A DNA stretch of 64,000 bases from a virus (Duplodnaviria > Caudoviricetes). The stretch is taken from IMG/VR virus record IMGVR_UViG_3300043427_003220, positions 1 to 64,000 of that record. One strand, given 5' to 3'. The notes beneath the pieces are model-generated. The model made no database searches. It was not told the origin of the DNA and was given only the letters and a program-made list of their open reading frames with translations. The number at the start of each line of letters is the position of its first letter. The stretch's first letter is position 1. Below are positions 15,775-27,200 of the stretch, piece after piece. Made by a program: the position numbers and the translations under genes.

Positions 15775-17640
15775 ATGAAAGTTAAATATACAAATAATTC
15801 AACAAGATGGGATATCATACTATTTGATTATCTTGATGATATTCCTTCGCCGGAAGAGTCTACAGTCGAAGTTCACAGCGGAAATAAAGGTGTAATATCA
15901 ATCGGTATTTCTCGCTCAAAAGCATCCATTCAAAATACCGCAAGTATTGATGTGGTTGGCGACTTACACCCAGCATATTCTATTGGCAATTGGGTGATTA
16001 TTAAGTCAAAAGTTGGAAAATTTATGGAAAAAGACACTACGTTTACGGAAGTTTCTCCACTGAAAGAGGGTTTAATTCGTTTTATTGGTCAGATTACAAC
16101 TATTGAAAACAATTACTCTGTTCAGGGTTCTGGCCTCTTAACTAAAAGAGCAACCGTTCATATTCGTGAATGGTCCAGCCTATTGAATATTCCTGTAAGA
16201 ATTGACGCTAACTCAATATCTAGTTATTTCAATAAAACCCAAGAGGCTCTCGGAAGATTAAATTTTGTTAAAACCCCAGAAGTTAATATTGCAGAATTGG
16301 CTCAAAAACTGATAGACCCTTTTATGGGCGCCGGCATGGTTTTATCTATTATCGGTGGTTTAAATACAGATTCGCAAACGGGAGCAGACCTCGGCGCTGA
16401 TTTGGGAGAGTATGAAAAGGTTGTAAGTCTTTCAAAACTTACATCTAGAATGCCTAATTTGCCACAACCTCTCCTTGATTATTTGGAGTTGCCAAAATCA
16501 ACACAAGCAAACAATGCTTTTGCAACTGGGTTTACAAATACTCTCTTGGGGGTAATGTATGCAAACTCAACATTTGAGGCGTCTAAACAGGGCGCTTTAG
16601 AAAATTACGGCAAGCAGGAACGCGATCCTAAATCATTTAATGGCTACTTTAAAAGTTACGAACAAGTTAAAACCATGTTCTCTAACTATCGAGATAGGCC
16701 AGTTAAATCAAACTTTTTGTCTTCACTGGGGCAGGGAGCGTCGGCTTGGAGCTTGATTCAAGAGCATATTGATACAACGATAAACGAAGCTTTTACTGAT
16801 ATTTGGTATTTCAAAACAGAATCTGGTGCAACTACGTCGCTGCCGATGATTGTTCTTCGGGATAAGCCATTTGCCCTTAAGGCATTTTTAACTGACCCAG
16901 ACAATCAAATTAAACATACAAAGTGGACAGCTTTTGATGACCTGCCCAGAGTATTTGTTGATGATTCAACAATACAAAGCGTTTCTACAACCAACAGTTT
17001 TTTTACTTCTCCAAACTTTATTATGCCCCAGCTGCAGACAGGCGAGGTTGGCTCATCTAGGTCTGATGACCCAACAGCGGTTCTTACAACCGCCGTACAT
17101 CGCATTATAGATGAGGGGGCTATTGATAGGTTTGGAACCATTGAGCACTATTGGAATACTGTTTATAGTGCTCCAACATCTCAATCGAGCGAAAAGGGCA
17201 CTGTTTATATTCCTTGGTTTGAAGACGCTAAAAAGCTGATGTATTATTGGCACTCTCTTAGTTATCGTTTTGGTGATGCGCGCCTATTACTTAAGGATAA
17301 CAACTTGCCAATTATGGTTGGTTGTAATATATCTTTTCCCATGGGCAAGAATGTTCTTTGCGGTCACGTCGAAGCCGTTAATTGGAGTTTTAGTATTGGT
17401 ATGGATGGAACAGCATCAACATCGACAAATGTTCAGTTGTCATATCTGTGCAAGGTCAAAGAAGACGGCTCGCTAACGCTTATCGGCCCCGCTGGCTTTA
17501 CGGACCTTTTTGACCCAGAGCTTGCTGATTCGGATATTAAAGAACTATTTAAGTTTCCTGAATTTAAAATAAAAGTTCCTAAATTGCAGGATTTGATACC
17601 AAAACTTAATTTACCTAAAATACCGAAAGTGCCATTCTGA
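15775..17640 (+). CDS. Baseplate hub-like protein
   Basis: After tape measure; RFIGQI..I, IDRFG and GHVEAVNWSF patterns. Confidence 0.6.
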   Translation: MKVKYTNNSTRWDIILFDYLDDIPSPEESTVEVHSGNKGVISIGISRSKASIQNTASIDVVGDLHPAYSIGNWVIIKSKVGKFMEKDTTFTEVSPLKEGLIRFIGQITTIENNYSVQGSGLLTKRATVHIREWSSLLNIPVRIDANSISSYFNKTQEALGRLNFVKTPEVNIAELAQKLIDPFMGAGMVLSIIGGLNTDSQTGADLGADLGEYEKVVSLSKLTSRMPNLPQPLLDYLELPKSTQANNAFATGFTNTLLGVMYANSTFEASKQGALENYGKQERDPKSFNGYFKSYEQVKTMFSNYRDRPVKSNFLSSLGQGASAWSLIQEHIDTTINEAFTDIWYFKTESGATTSLPMIVLRDKPFALKAFLTDPDNQIKHTKWTAFDDLPRVFVDDSTIQSVSTTNSFFTSPNFIMPQLQTGEVGSSRSDDPTAVLTTAVHRIIDEGAIDRFGTIEHYWNTVYSAPTSQSSEKGTVYIPWFEDAKKLMYYWHSLSYRFGDARLLLKDNNLPIMVGCNISFPMGKNVLCGHVEAVNWSFSIGMDGTASTSTNVQLSYLCKVKEDGSLTLIGPAGFTDLFDPELADSDIKELFKFPEFKIKVPKLQDLIPKLNLPKIPKVPF

Positions 17641-18512
17641 TGAGCAGAATACCCTACACCCCATCCATTTCTGTAGGTGAGATAGTCGCTATTCAAGAGC
17701 CGGCTTTTGATTCGGATACTGTATTGAAATATATTGTCAGAATAGAAACAGAAAACGGCACAAGCACATTTGTCTCCAACGTAGTGTCTTCAACTATGGT
17801 TGGCGGTATCGCCGATGGTTTTAAGATTTACAGAAGACCAACTGTTATAAACGACAAGACCTACACAATAGATGATAATACTCCCTTTGGAGTAGGCGAA
17901 AGAGTTATCGTTGCTTTTATTAACAATGATTTGCGTCGCGGCGTGATTATTGGTGGATATAATAGAATTATAGATTTGGTACAGCTTCCAGAGCCAGACG
18001 AAAAAAAGCCTCAAATGCGGTTTCAGTATCTTGGTATGATTTTTGATATTGATACTAAAGGGCAACTTACGATTACTCACACCGGTGCTCCTAAGATTAC
18101 CGACAGCCCTCAAGATGTCCCTGAAATCGACGAAAAAAAAGTTTCAACTTTAATGTTTATGGATGATTCTAGTTTTGTATTCGTTGATGCTAGTAAGCAA
18201 TCCGTCAAGGTTGACGCAACTAACAAAAAAATAGAACTCACTTCGGATAAAGAAAAAGTCTCTATTGACCAGACGGGTAGTATAAAAGTTGAGGCATCTA
18301 AGGACGTTACAATTAAGGCCCCCAAAATAGCTTTTGGTACTTCTTCTACAGAACTTCTTGATTTAATTGATAAATTATTAGAGGCTTTTCAACAAGCGGT
18401 ACCTCAGTTTGTTCAGACACCCGTTGGCCCAGGGGTTTTAGACCCCAATTTAGTCTCTACTATTGCTGAAACAAAAACAAAACTAGCCCAAATTAAAGGG
18501 AAAGTAGAATGA
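17640..18512 (+). CDS. Baseplate central spike (gp5/gpV-like)
   Basis: OB-fold-like GERVIVAFIN....GVIIGG followed by beta-helix-like repeats. Confidence 0.75.
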   Translation: MSRIPYTPSISVGEIVAIQEPAFDSDTVLKYIVRIETENGTSTFVSNVVSSTMVGGIADGFKIYRRPTVINDKTYTIDDNTPFGVGERVIVAFINNDLRRGVIIGGYNRIIDLVQLPEPDEKKPQMRFQYLGMIFDIDTKGQLTITHTGAPKITDSPQDVPEIDEKKVSTLMFMDDSSFVFVDASKQSVKVDATNKKIELTSDKEKVSIDQTGSIKVEASKDVTIKAPKIAFGTSSTELLDLIDKLLEAFQQAVPQFVQTPVGPGVLDPNLVSTIAETKTKLAQIKGKVE

Positions 18513-18541
18513 TGGTCGTCTCTTAAAATAGATATGAGGGG

Positions 18542-19618
18542 ATGACAATGTTCAATTTAAAAGCATTAGTCCAATTAGGTGCAAATAAGATAAAACAACA
18601 GAAAGACGGCGAAAAGCCTAATTCCGTTAGTGATTTGTTTTTAGAAGCGTTAGATGCCCTAAATCTTAAAGATAGTCGAGGGCCGTTCTATACGGTTTCG
18701 GCTGAAGATTGGTATAAGACCTACCCCTATAGATTTAAGATTGTTACAAAAGAAAAAACAACATACTATTCACTACCCATTCCTCCAGAAGCATTAAGTT
18801 ATCAGATGGTATCCGCGTCTCAACTTATTCCAACGCTTGGAGGCGTTGTTGAAGAAACTTCCCCAACCGTTTTTTGGCAAATTGCTTTATCTGGAACGAC
18901 TGGTATTGGCATTAGCCGTAAGTATTCAAATAAAACATCGACAGATACCTTAGACATGCCAGCCAGCGGCGAAAGTAACTTTAGAAGGGTTCTAAAGGGC
19001 GGCCTTTTGGCTAATACTTACAATAAAGCGGCCAATGCTTTTGAGGCGGTTACAGGCGCTCTTGACCAAGGAGCCGTGGGAGCCATGGGGCTATTGGAGG
19101 GATTGGCCTCTACTGCACAAAGATATAACTCCTCAGCCGTTAGAAATAACATACCCGAAGAAAGCGCAACATCAAAGGTGGCAAATTTAGTGGGCTTAGA
19201 CCTGTCTCGTTTTAGCAATGAGCAAAACGGCACAAACGGTTATGTGGAAATTCACCTGCTTCATACTTTTTTAAATGCATATTCTCACTTAAAAGAAGCT
19301 AATCCAGAGGACGTAAAGCTTTATTTTGAGTCACAAAAAGATAACATGCAATGGCAGGTAATTGTTAAGAATTTTGCATTTCAAAAAAACGCTAATCAAC
19401 CTTATTTGTACAAATACAATATAGTATTGCAGGGTTTTGATTTAAACGAGGTTGGAAAAGATAGTAGAAAGGTAGTAGACAGATTTGGGCCAAATGGCGA
19501 CCTTGGTAGTGTTAGTTCCTTTACTTTAAGCGGAGCGTCCGAAAGAGCGCAGGCACTAACAAGAAAAATATCAACAAACCCATTAGGATTAATTGCTTCT
19601 AAACCACCAATTATTTAA
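18542..19618 (+). CDS. Baseplate/tube-initiator-like virion protein
   Basis: LPIPPEAL..PTLGGVVEE..I.LSGTTG and PYLYKYNIVL patterns; position. Confidence 0.55.
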   Translation: MTMFNLKALVQLGANKIKQQKDGEKPNSVSDLFLEALDALNLKDSRGPFYTVSAEDWYKTYPYRFKIVTKEKTTYYSLPIPPEALSYQMVSASQLIPTLGGVVEETSPTVFWQIALSGTTGIGISRKYSNKTSTDTLDMPASGESNFRRVLKGGLLANTYNKAANAFEAVTGALDQGAVGAMGLLEGLASTAQRYNSSAVRNNIPEESATSKVANLVGLDLSRFSNEQNGTNGYVEIHLLHTFLNAYSHLKEANPEDVKLYFESQKDNMQWQVIVKNFAFQKNANQPYLYKYNIVLQGFDLNEVGKDSRKVVDRFGPNGDLGSVSSFTLSGASERAQALTRKISTNPLGLIASKPPII

Positions 19619-19626
19619 GGTTTTCA

Positions 19627-21183
19627 ATGTCTTACACGTATTTAGACCAAGTAATGACTGACTATCTCGGATATGTTAAGGTATCCAAGAATACTCCGTT
19701 TACACTTGCTGACGTCCAATCTATCGCTATTAATAGATGGGATTGGTTTGTTCAAAATTGGGAACTTAAATTAAATACTGAATTTAAAAGAAAATTACCA
19801 AAATCTGATTTTTTTATTAATCTTCTTAAAGATTTAAATAACGAAATTACAACGCAAAAACTTTTTCCAACGACTAGCACAAATCCTTTTATTAATTTAA
19901 GTAAATTCATTAAATACAAACCAATTTTGTCTTACATTTCTTTATCCGATGTGGCGCTTACTCCATCGGAAAGCCTTGTGCTAAAAGAAGAGCAAAAACG
20001 CTTAGCTAATCTTTCTGTTTTTGATTTTAAAAATATGACCTTTTTTCTTAGAAATAGCGCGTCAACCGCCGCACAGATTGTCGGCCTTGGAGATAACGAC
20101 GGCGCGCTTGTGCAGGGGTTTTCTATTACAACGGCTCAAAGAGGATATGCTGTACAAGAATTAGAGCAAATAAATGATATTTTTGATTTAGCGGACGAAA
20201 TAGACGGAATTATTTATTTTTTGCAGCAAAAAACAGCTCAACAACCAAATTTGCTTGCAGTTGCCAATAGAAATACAGACCCAGATTCTCAAGTTGTATT
20301 CAATCAGTCTTATACCACCGCTATTTCCGTGCCATTTGCTGAATCGCTAGAAAAAATGGCAGAGATATATCTAGGCTCTAAGGATAGGTGGTTTGAGATA
20401 GCTTCCATTAATAACCTACACCCACCCTATGTGGATAGGACCGGCTCTAAAGAATATCTGCTGGGGCCGGGAACATTGGCTTCAATTAAGATATCAGCGA
20501 GCAGAGCCAGTGAAATTAAAGTCGGCACCAAAGTAAAAATTGGTTCGTATACAGTAAGAGAAGAGACTCGCTCAATCTTAAAGATTGTTAAGTTTGAAGA
20601 CGGAACAATGATTCTTTCTCTATCTGGCAATTCGGATTTGGCTAAGCTTAAATTATCAGAAAAACCCTACGTTAAGATTTACAAACCACAAACGGCCAAC
20701 GAAGATTCGCTGCTGCTTGTGCCTGTTACAGCCCAATCGCCTTTAATTCAAGGCAAACAGCCATCTTTAGATGTCCTTAAAAAACTTGATAGGGCTTTGT
20801 TGGATTTTGGCGTCGACGTTCGTAGAGACGAAAAGACCGGAGAAATTCAAATTGGTAAAAATGGTGATTTTGATATTGTATATGGAATGACCGCTGTCCG
20901 TCAGGCTATTCATTCACTAATGTCTACAAATATCAATGAGTTGCCATTTCATCCAAACTATGGCGTACCTTTTGCAAATTCAATCGGAGAAAGATTTTAC
21001 GGTAGCATTGAGCTAGCGGCGGCTTTTTCCGAGGTTTTACAAGAAGTTATACTTTCTGATGGCAGATTTTCAAAAGTTTTTGTGCAAAACTTAACTGTTA
21101 CAGAAACTTCTATTTCCATCAATGTTGTTGTAACAGTTGACGGTTCTAACGTAATAATTCCATTAAGTTTCGTGTCGCAGTAA
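19627..21183 (+). CDS. Baseplate wedge protein (LysM-like plus C-terminal gp25-like domain)
   Basis: SLEKMAEIYLG..DRWFEIASINNL; QAI...ELPFHPNYG..SDGRF. Confidence 0.75.
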   Translation: MSYTYLDQVMTDYLGYVKVSKNTPFTLADVQSIAINRWDWFVQNWELKLNTEFKRKLPKSDFFINLLKDLNNEITTQKLFPTTSTNPFINLSKFIKYKPILSYISLSDVALTPSESLVLKEEQKRLANLSVFDFKNMTFFLRNSASTAAQIVGLGDNDGALVQGFSITTAQRGYAVQELEQINDIFDLADEIDGIIYFLQQKTAQQPNLLAVANRNTDPDSQVVFNQSYTTAISVPFAESLEKMAEIYLGSKDRWFEIASINNLHPPYVDRTGSKEYLLGPGTLASIKISASRASEIKVGTKVKIGSYTVREETRSILKIVKFEDGTMILSLSGNSDLAKLKLSEKPYVKIYKPQTANEDSLLLVPVTAQSPLIQGKQPSLDVLKKLDRALLDFGVDVRRDEKTGEIQIGKNGDFDIVYGMTAVRQAIHSLMSTNINELPFHPNYGVPFANSIGERFYGSIELAAAFSEVLQEVILSDGRFSKVFVQNLTVTETSISINVVVTVDGSNVIIPLSFVSQ

Positions 21184-21189
21184 TTTTGC

Positions 21190-21218
21190 TTGAAAAATAA
21201 CACAACTCATCTTAAAAT
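21190..21218 (+). promoter_or_regulatory. Sigma-70-like promoter
   Basis: TTGAAA-N17-TAAAAT. Confidence 0.55.
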
Positions 21219-21244
21219 GAAGTGACCTGAATCTTATTGAGGAG

Positions 21245-24200
21245 TTGGGCGTGACAGTTACTATTAAATCAAAAGAACAGCTACTTGGCACTTGGGTCAG
21301 AAGAATCAAGAATAATACAGATATTACTGACTTTCAGGCAGGCGGCGCCCTAGTTACTCTGATGGAGGCGGTAGCCCAGCAAGTTTATCAGGCACAACTT
21401 TCAGTTCTTAAAGTCTTAGAAGTCACGGAAGTAGACAACCTTACAGATAAACGCCTTGATGACCTTGCAGAGTCTCTTAAAATCCCCAATGGGCAAGGTG
21501 GAATTGGCAGACAAGCGGCACTGCAAGCAACTGGCTCGGTAATAATTGGGTCTGCCTTTACAAAAATTTCTACACGCGCTTACGCAGGTAAACCCGCCCC
21601 CTACGCTGGCTCTACCGTTTTGTATGTTCAAGACGCTTCTGAAATGTTTGCTAAGACTCCGGTTAATGGCAAAATCTACATCGGTCGAAATACTGTTGAC
21701 TCCTTTGAAGGTCCACTTTCATATTCTAGTATTTCTTCTACCGGCACCTATTGGATTATTAATCTTATTGACCCCCTTACAAAAGACCATCCTTATACCG
21801 ATGAGATTGTACTTGCTCAAGGCGGTGACAGAACGATTAACGCCTCAACAGTTGTTCAGGTGCCTGCATATTCAGATGCCCCTGCAATTCAATTTACAAC
21901 GGATGCGTCAGTTGTTTTGGCGGACGGCGAAGATTCAGTCACCGTGCCAATTACATGCTCTCAATTTGGCGTTATTGGAAATGTTGCCTCTGGTGCTATC
22001 ACTGAATTTTCCAATCCTCCATTTGCTGGAGCAACGGTTACAAACGATATACCATTTGTAAATGGTTCTGATACGGAATCGGACGCTTCCTTAAGACTAA
22101 GAATCAAAGACTACCCCAACACCTTGGCTCGCGGTACGATTGGTGCAATCAACTCGGCTCTTTTGTCGGTCGTTGATGCTGACACTAAAAAGAAAGTCGT
22201 ATCGGCTTCCGTTATTCGCCCTCTTGAAAAAGGCGAGCCAACAACGGTTTATATTGATGATGGTTCACTATTGGAGCCTGTTTTTGCTGGGCAAGATTAT
22301 GAACTTTTGTTGGCCAGAGCGTCTGGTTTAGAGCAAGGCTTTAGAACCGCTCAGGCTCCTATTACTCCTGCAATTGTAACAGGAGCGCAATCTGCGCCGT
22401 ATGTATTACAAGCTGGAATGTCAATTACTTTTTTGATTGATAATATTCCATACGTTTACACTATTGCCCCGTCAAACTACAAAGACCTCACGGCAGCTAC
22501 AGCTTATGAAGTTGTTCGTGACCTTAACTCAGATGCAGAAGGTATCTTAGACTTTCGTGTAATTGGGAACGGAACGCAAATCGTTGCGATTGACAGAACC
22601 AATGCAGCAGAAGAGATTCGCGTTATTTCTGGAGGTCTGCAGAATGTGCTTGGTTTTCCAACGGTTTCTCAAAGGCCAATCTATCTTTACAAGAACGGCG
22701 TCCTTCAGTCATTTAGAGGCAAAACCGCAACAATTTCTTCAAATCCATTTACTAGTTGGGAAATTACAGGTGCGCCATATACCGGACTTCAGGCAATAAT
22801 TGACGGCGTTACGGTAAATATTGACGATATTACAAATGCTGACTTCTTGTCTCGTTTTGGCGTATCTATGACCGCCGCAACTGCAGACAACTGGAGAGAG
22901 GTGCTGCAGGCAAAAATCCCTGGAGTGACCATAATTTTTCAAGATAATAGATTTATTATTACTTCTAATAAAGAAAACAGTTCTTCAAGCAAAGTTCAAA
23001 TTACTGCAGGAAGTTGGATTGACTCCGCATCTATTTTTCCACTAAATGAAGACGACCGCTTATCTGTAGGCGCTTCAAAAAATTACATATTCAATAGATA
23101 TACAGGCGATATTCGTTTTGTTTCTCGTTTGCAAGCGGGAGATATCGTTGAAGTTGCGTCAGTTAATACACGCGCATTTGTTAAATCTACAACCATCTCA
23201 TCCGGTTTGTATGATTTGTCAAATGACACCCCCGGCTTTGGACAAGCTAAATTTATTGTTTCAGTTGACAGCGAAGTGCAAGTAAAAACCACCGGAAGTA
23301 TTACCGGAGGTTTAATTAAAGTTACTGATGTGGATTCTGCAAACCTTACGGTATCTTTAAAAGATAAGTTGGGTAACGGACTTTTTATCAACGCTGAAGT
23401 AGATGATTATATTTATCTTACGTCAATCAGTTTAGCCCCTTTAGGGTTTTCAAGTATTTCAGAAGAGGTCGCTGGATTCTATAGAATTAAAAAAATAATT
23501 CGCAGCGCTTCTCCGGCAAATGAAGATACAATCGTAATTGAGGTGTCTAGTTATCAAGCTAGCATGTTTATTTTAAATACAGAATATGACACAGCCTATC
23601 TAGGAACGCCTGTTTTTAAAATATTTTCTTCAACCGCAACTCCTCAGTTAATTACACTTACCTCATCCGCTGCGGTAACCGTTGAGGATGTCGCCAATGA
23701 AATAAATTCACAAATAGTCGGTGCTACGGCGGAAAGAAGCACTGGACAATATTTCTTTTTAAGAACAAACACTTACGTGGACGGTTCGCTTTCTATTCTT
23801 GCTGCTTTTGGAAAAGCTAACAATCTATTTGCCGTAGAAAATGGTACAAGTCTGCAGTCCCACGTTGGCTCGTCTTCCTCCGCATTTTTAGATGGAGGAT
23901 TTCCAGTAGTCACGGAAATCGTTGCTCCCTCGTTGCCCTCGGACGGCCATGGTTTTAGAGACTACTTAAAAGTCGCCCCTACTTACACACAAATTACGCA
24001 AACCTCTGTCAATCCAATAGCGGAAGCTGCTTCTTTTATTTCATCATACCCGATTGGATTTCAGGAAACATGGATTACAGGTAAGCTTGCTGGCTGGACA
24101 GGCCGTGTTTATAATACAGAAACTACAGCTCCATTTCAGGGTTTTATGAGAACAGATAGCGCTATTAAGCCTATAGGCGCTATTAATGTTACAACTGAAA

Positions 24201-27200
24201 CATTGAATAAATATGCAAACGTGTCCTTTAGGCTCCAAGATTTGTCGGTCACCGCCGCTGATAAGTTTGTTGTTGAGATGGATTTGGATTCAACCAACAA
24301 AACTATTACTTTGCCAATGTACAAACGCGCCATCATTTCTGATGAGCAGTTAATTGGTACCTCTGGTAAAGGTCAAAAATTCCAGTTTACATTAAAAGAC
24401 CCAGAAGATTTTGACAAAGAGTTTTTTGACGTCACAAGTCCCTTTAAAAACTTTGACTTTAATGACTTTAAAGTCGTTGGTAAATCCGTGGGCGTTTATA
24501 AATTAAATAGCGGGGGAGTTGGACCCAACGAACCCGCACTTGTTGTTAGGTCTACCTCATTTGGCGGAGCAAACAGAATAAAACTAAATGTTTTATATCC
24601 GCAGTCTCCATCAAAAACAGACATTACAATTAATCATTCCAATTCATATGAAAACGAGGAAGTAAACACAACGGTAACTGCCGAAATGGCGTCTCAGGCC
24701 GTTATTCCTTCAACTATTTTAAATTCTGGAACATATACTGTTACCGGACTCTCAACATCAAATAACCTAACCGATATTATCCTATCTACATTTAGTCCAG
24801 CGGTGACCGCTGTGGCAAAAATGGAGTCTTATAGTCCTTTATTTAGCTTTTCTTTTGGGGCTAGAGCTTCTAGTTATCCAGGGGTACTAGGCAATAATAT
24901 TGAACTTATAATTCAAGATAGCGGTAAGTTAGGAGCAACGGCAGAGACTGTAATAATGATTGCGCAGTCTACTAAAAAAGTTACTCTTGACCTGAGAGGC
25001 TCTACTCCTACAAGCACAGAATTAGCAACTGCTTTGTCGGTTAGTACATATCTAGAAACAGTAACCAGCGCTAACCCATTAAGCACTCTGTCATTGGTTA
25101 AAATCCTCGGCACATATAATTATGTTCCAGAAGTTGCTGCTAAAATTTCAAATCCTTACTTTACAATTTCTTTTAATCAAATTGATTACAACCCAAGAAT
25201 AAGGGGCGCTGCTGGAAATACATGGTCTTTTAGGTGTATTGATACTGGTACAGGAACCCCTATTGTTACTATCAACACATCTTTAAAAACGATTGAAGTG
25301 AATCTAAGAGGAAGCAGTTTATATTTAACCGATCTTCAGGCATTGTTAAATGGAGCAGGTGGCTTTAATCAAGAAGTTATAAAAGTAGATGTTACGACCA
25401 ATGGATATTTGGCTCCTTTTGGCCCCTCATTCTTTTCCGGCGGAGTTACTATATCTAATACAATTTATACGGCAGATGGCGCCGACCAAACAGACGGTGT
25501 ATTTGCTGGATTGTATTCTGTTAATAATTTATTGCAAGTAACTGGAATACAGTCCTCCGTTTCTATGCCAATTGGGGTTTGGCCAATCGTTGCAAAACCA
25601 AGTCCCGCAGAAATTACAATTCGCGTGCCGCATTACAACGGTTTATCTTCCGCTGTTGCATTGAGCACAGTTTTTAATGCCTCTGATTATCAATTACAAT
25701 CTTTTGCAATAGCCCCCAAAACATTAAAAGATTTGGCGGACGCACTCAACGCATACTTGCCAGACGCAAGCATCGTTACCGCATCTACATTGGGTTTGGA
25801 TACGACGAGCTTTTTGACCCCAAATGCTCCTGAGATTCCAAGGTCAACGTATATCAACTATACAAATACCAGCTCATTGCCTGCGTCTATTACTAATCCA
25901 ACAGCCGCTTTGCAGTTTCATGCCTTTTTGGCAAACCGCTCAGAAGGGTGTGCAATTTATGATTATAGCTCAACCAACAATTGGATTAAGACGGTGCTCC
26001 AGTCAAACGATTCCATGTTTCCAAATGGAAGCGCAATTTTAGGCACCGCATACTCTTCAGTTGGTGAAGAAGTCTATATTTTGCCAACCAACACCGAAAC
26101 TTTTGGACGGTGGGCAAATTTTGCTCCTGCATCTTCGCTGCCCATTCAAGCAGACATTGTGCGCTCTGAGGGTGCATCAAAGATACAAATATCATCTAAG
26201 CTACGCGGAACCAGAGGAGCTGTATATCCAAAAGATACGCTCACTAATAATTACGAAACAACCGTTCTTGAGGCGGCGTCGTCACAAAACAATTCTGCGT
26301 ATTTTTCTTTATTGTCTTCTCAGACCAAACAGTTGCCCAAGGGGTCAATTGTTCAGGTTACAAACGCACTGACTACCGATTTGCTAAGGCCATTTAGGGT
26401 TTCATCGCCTTTGGTAAATCAAACTCCTGCTAATACGGCAAATGAAAAAACTTGGTTTCGTTCCGGAACCAAAATGATTTATGAGCAGGCGGGCGCATAT
26501 CGAGGTCGTTTATATTTTTTAAGAAATGGTCAAACAGTCAGTATTTCTGGAATTTCTGCAAGCGGAACGGAACCTCTAACTTCTGGCGCTACAATTGATG
26601 TAACATACAATAGTCCATCAGTTGGACTAGCTACTGTTAGCCTTACCAATCACCCAACAGAAGTGCTGTCCGCTAGAATTGGCGACATGATGTATATTAG
26701 GTCGGCAGCCTTTCCGTCTGAGCTAAACTGTCCAGCAATTGATTCTGGACGCTGCGTAAGAAGCGATTTGTATCAAGAAAATCCATACGGACTTACGGGA
26801 TATTTGGGATATCCCGTAGTACAGGTGAATGATACAAGAGAAATTGTTATTATGGCCCCCAATCTTACGCAAGACCACCTTGGCTTGAGTTTGGCTGCCA
26901 GTACAGATTTAGTATTTATTCCAAGTATTTATACGGAAAAAAATATTAAAACTAATTATAAAGCAGGACCTCAGGGCGTTGAGGTGGTGGGCAACACGGT
27001 TTTAACAGGAACCCATGCACAGGCTATTTCTGGTAAGTATTCTTATGGAATCTTAAAAAGACTATCAGATGGTTTTTCTGCACTTTTGTTATCAAACACA
27101 TCCGATGGAGCTGTATCTCCAGAATATGCAAATGACACCCTACTGTTAGCAAACAGCGGCGTAAATACAGACGATTATGTTTTCTTGAATGGATTTGGGT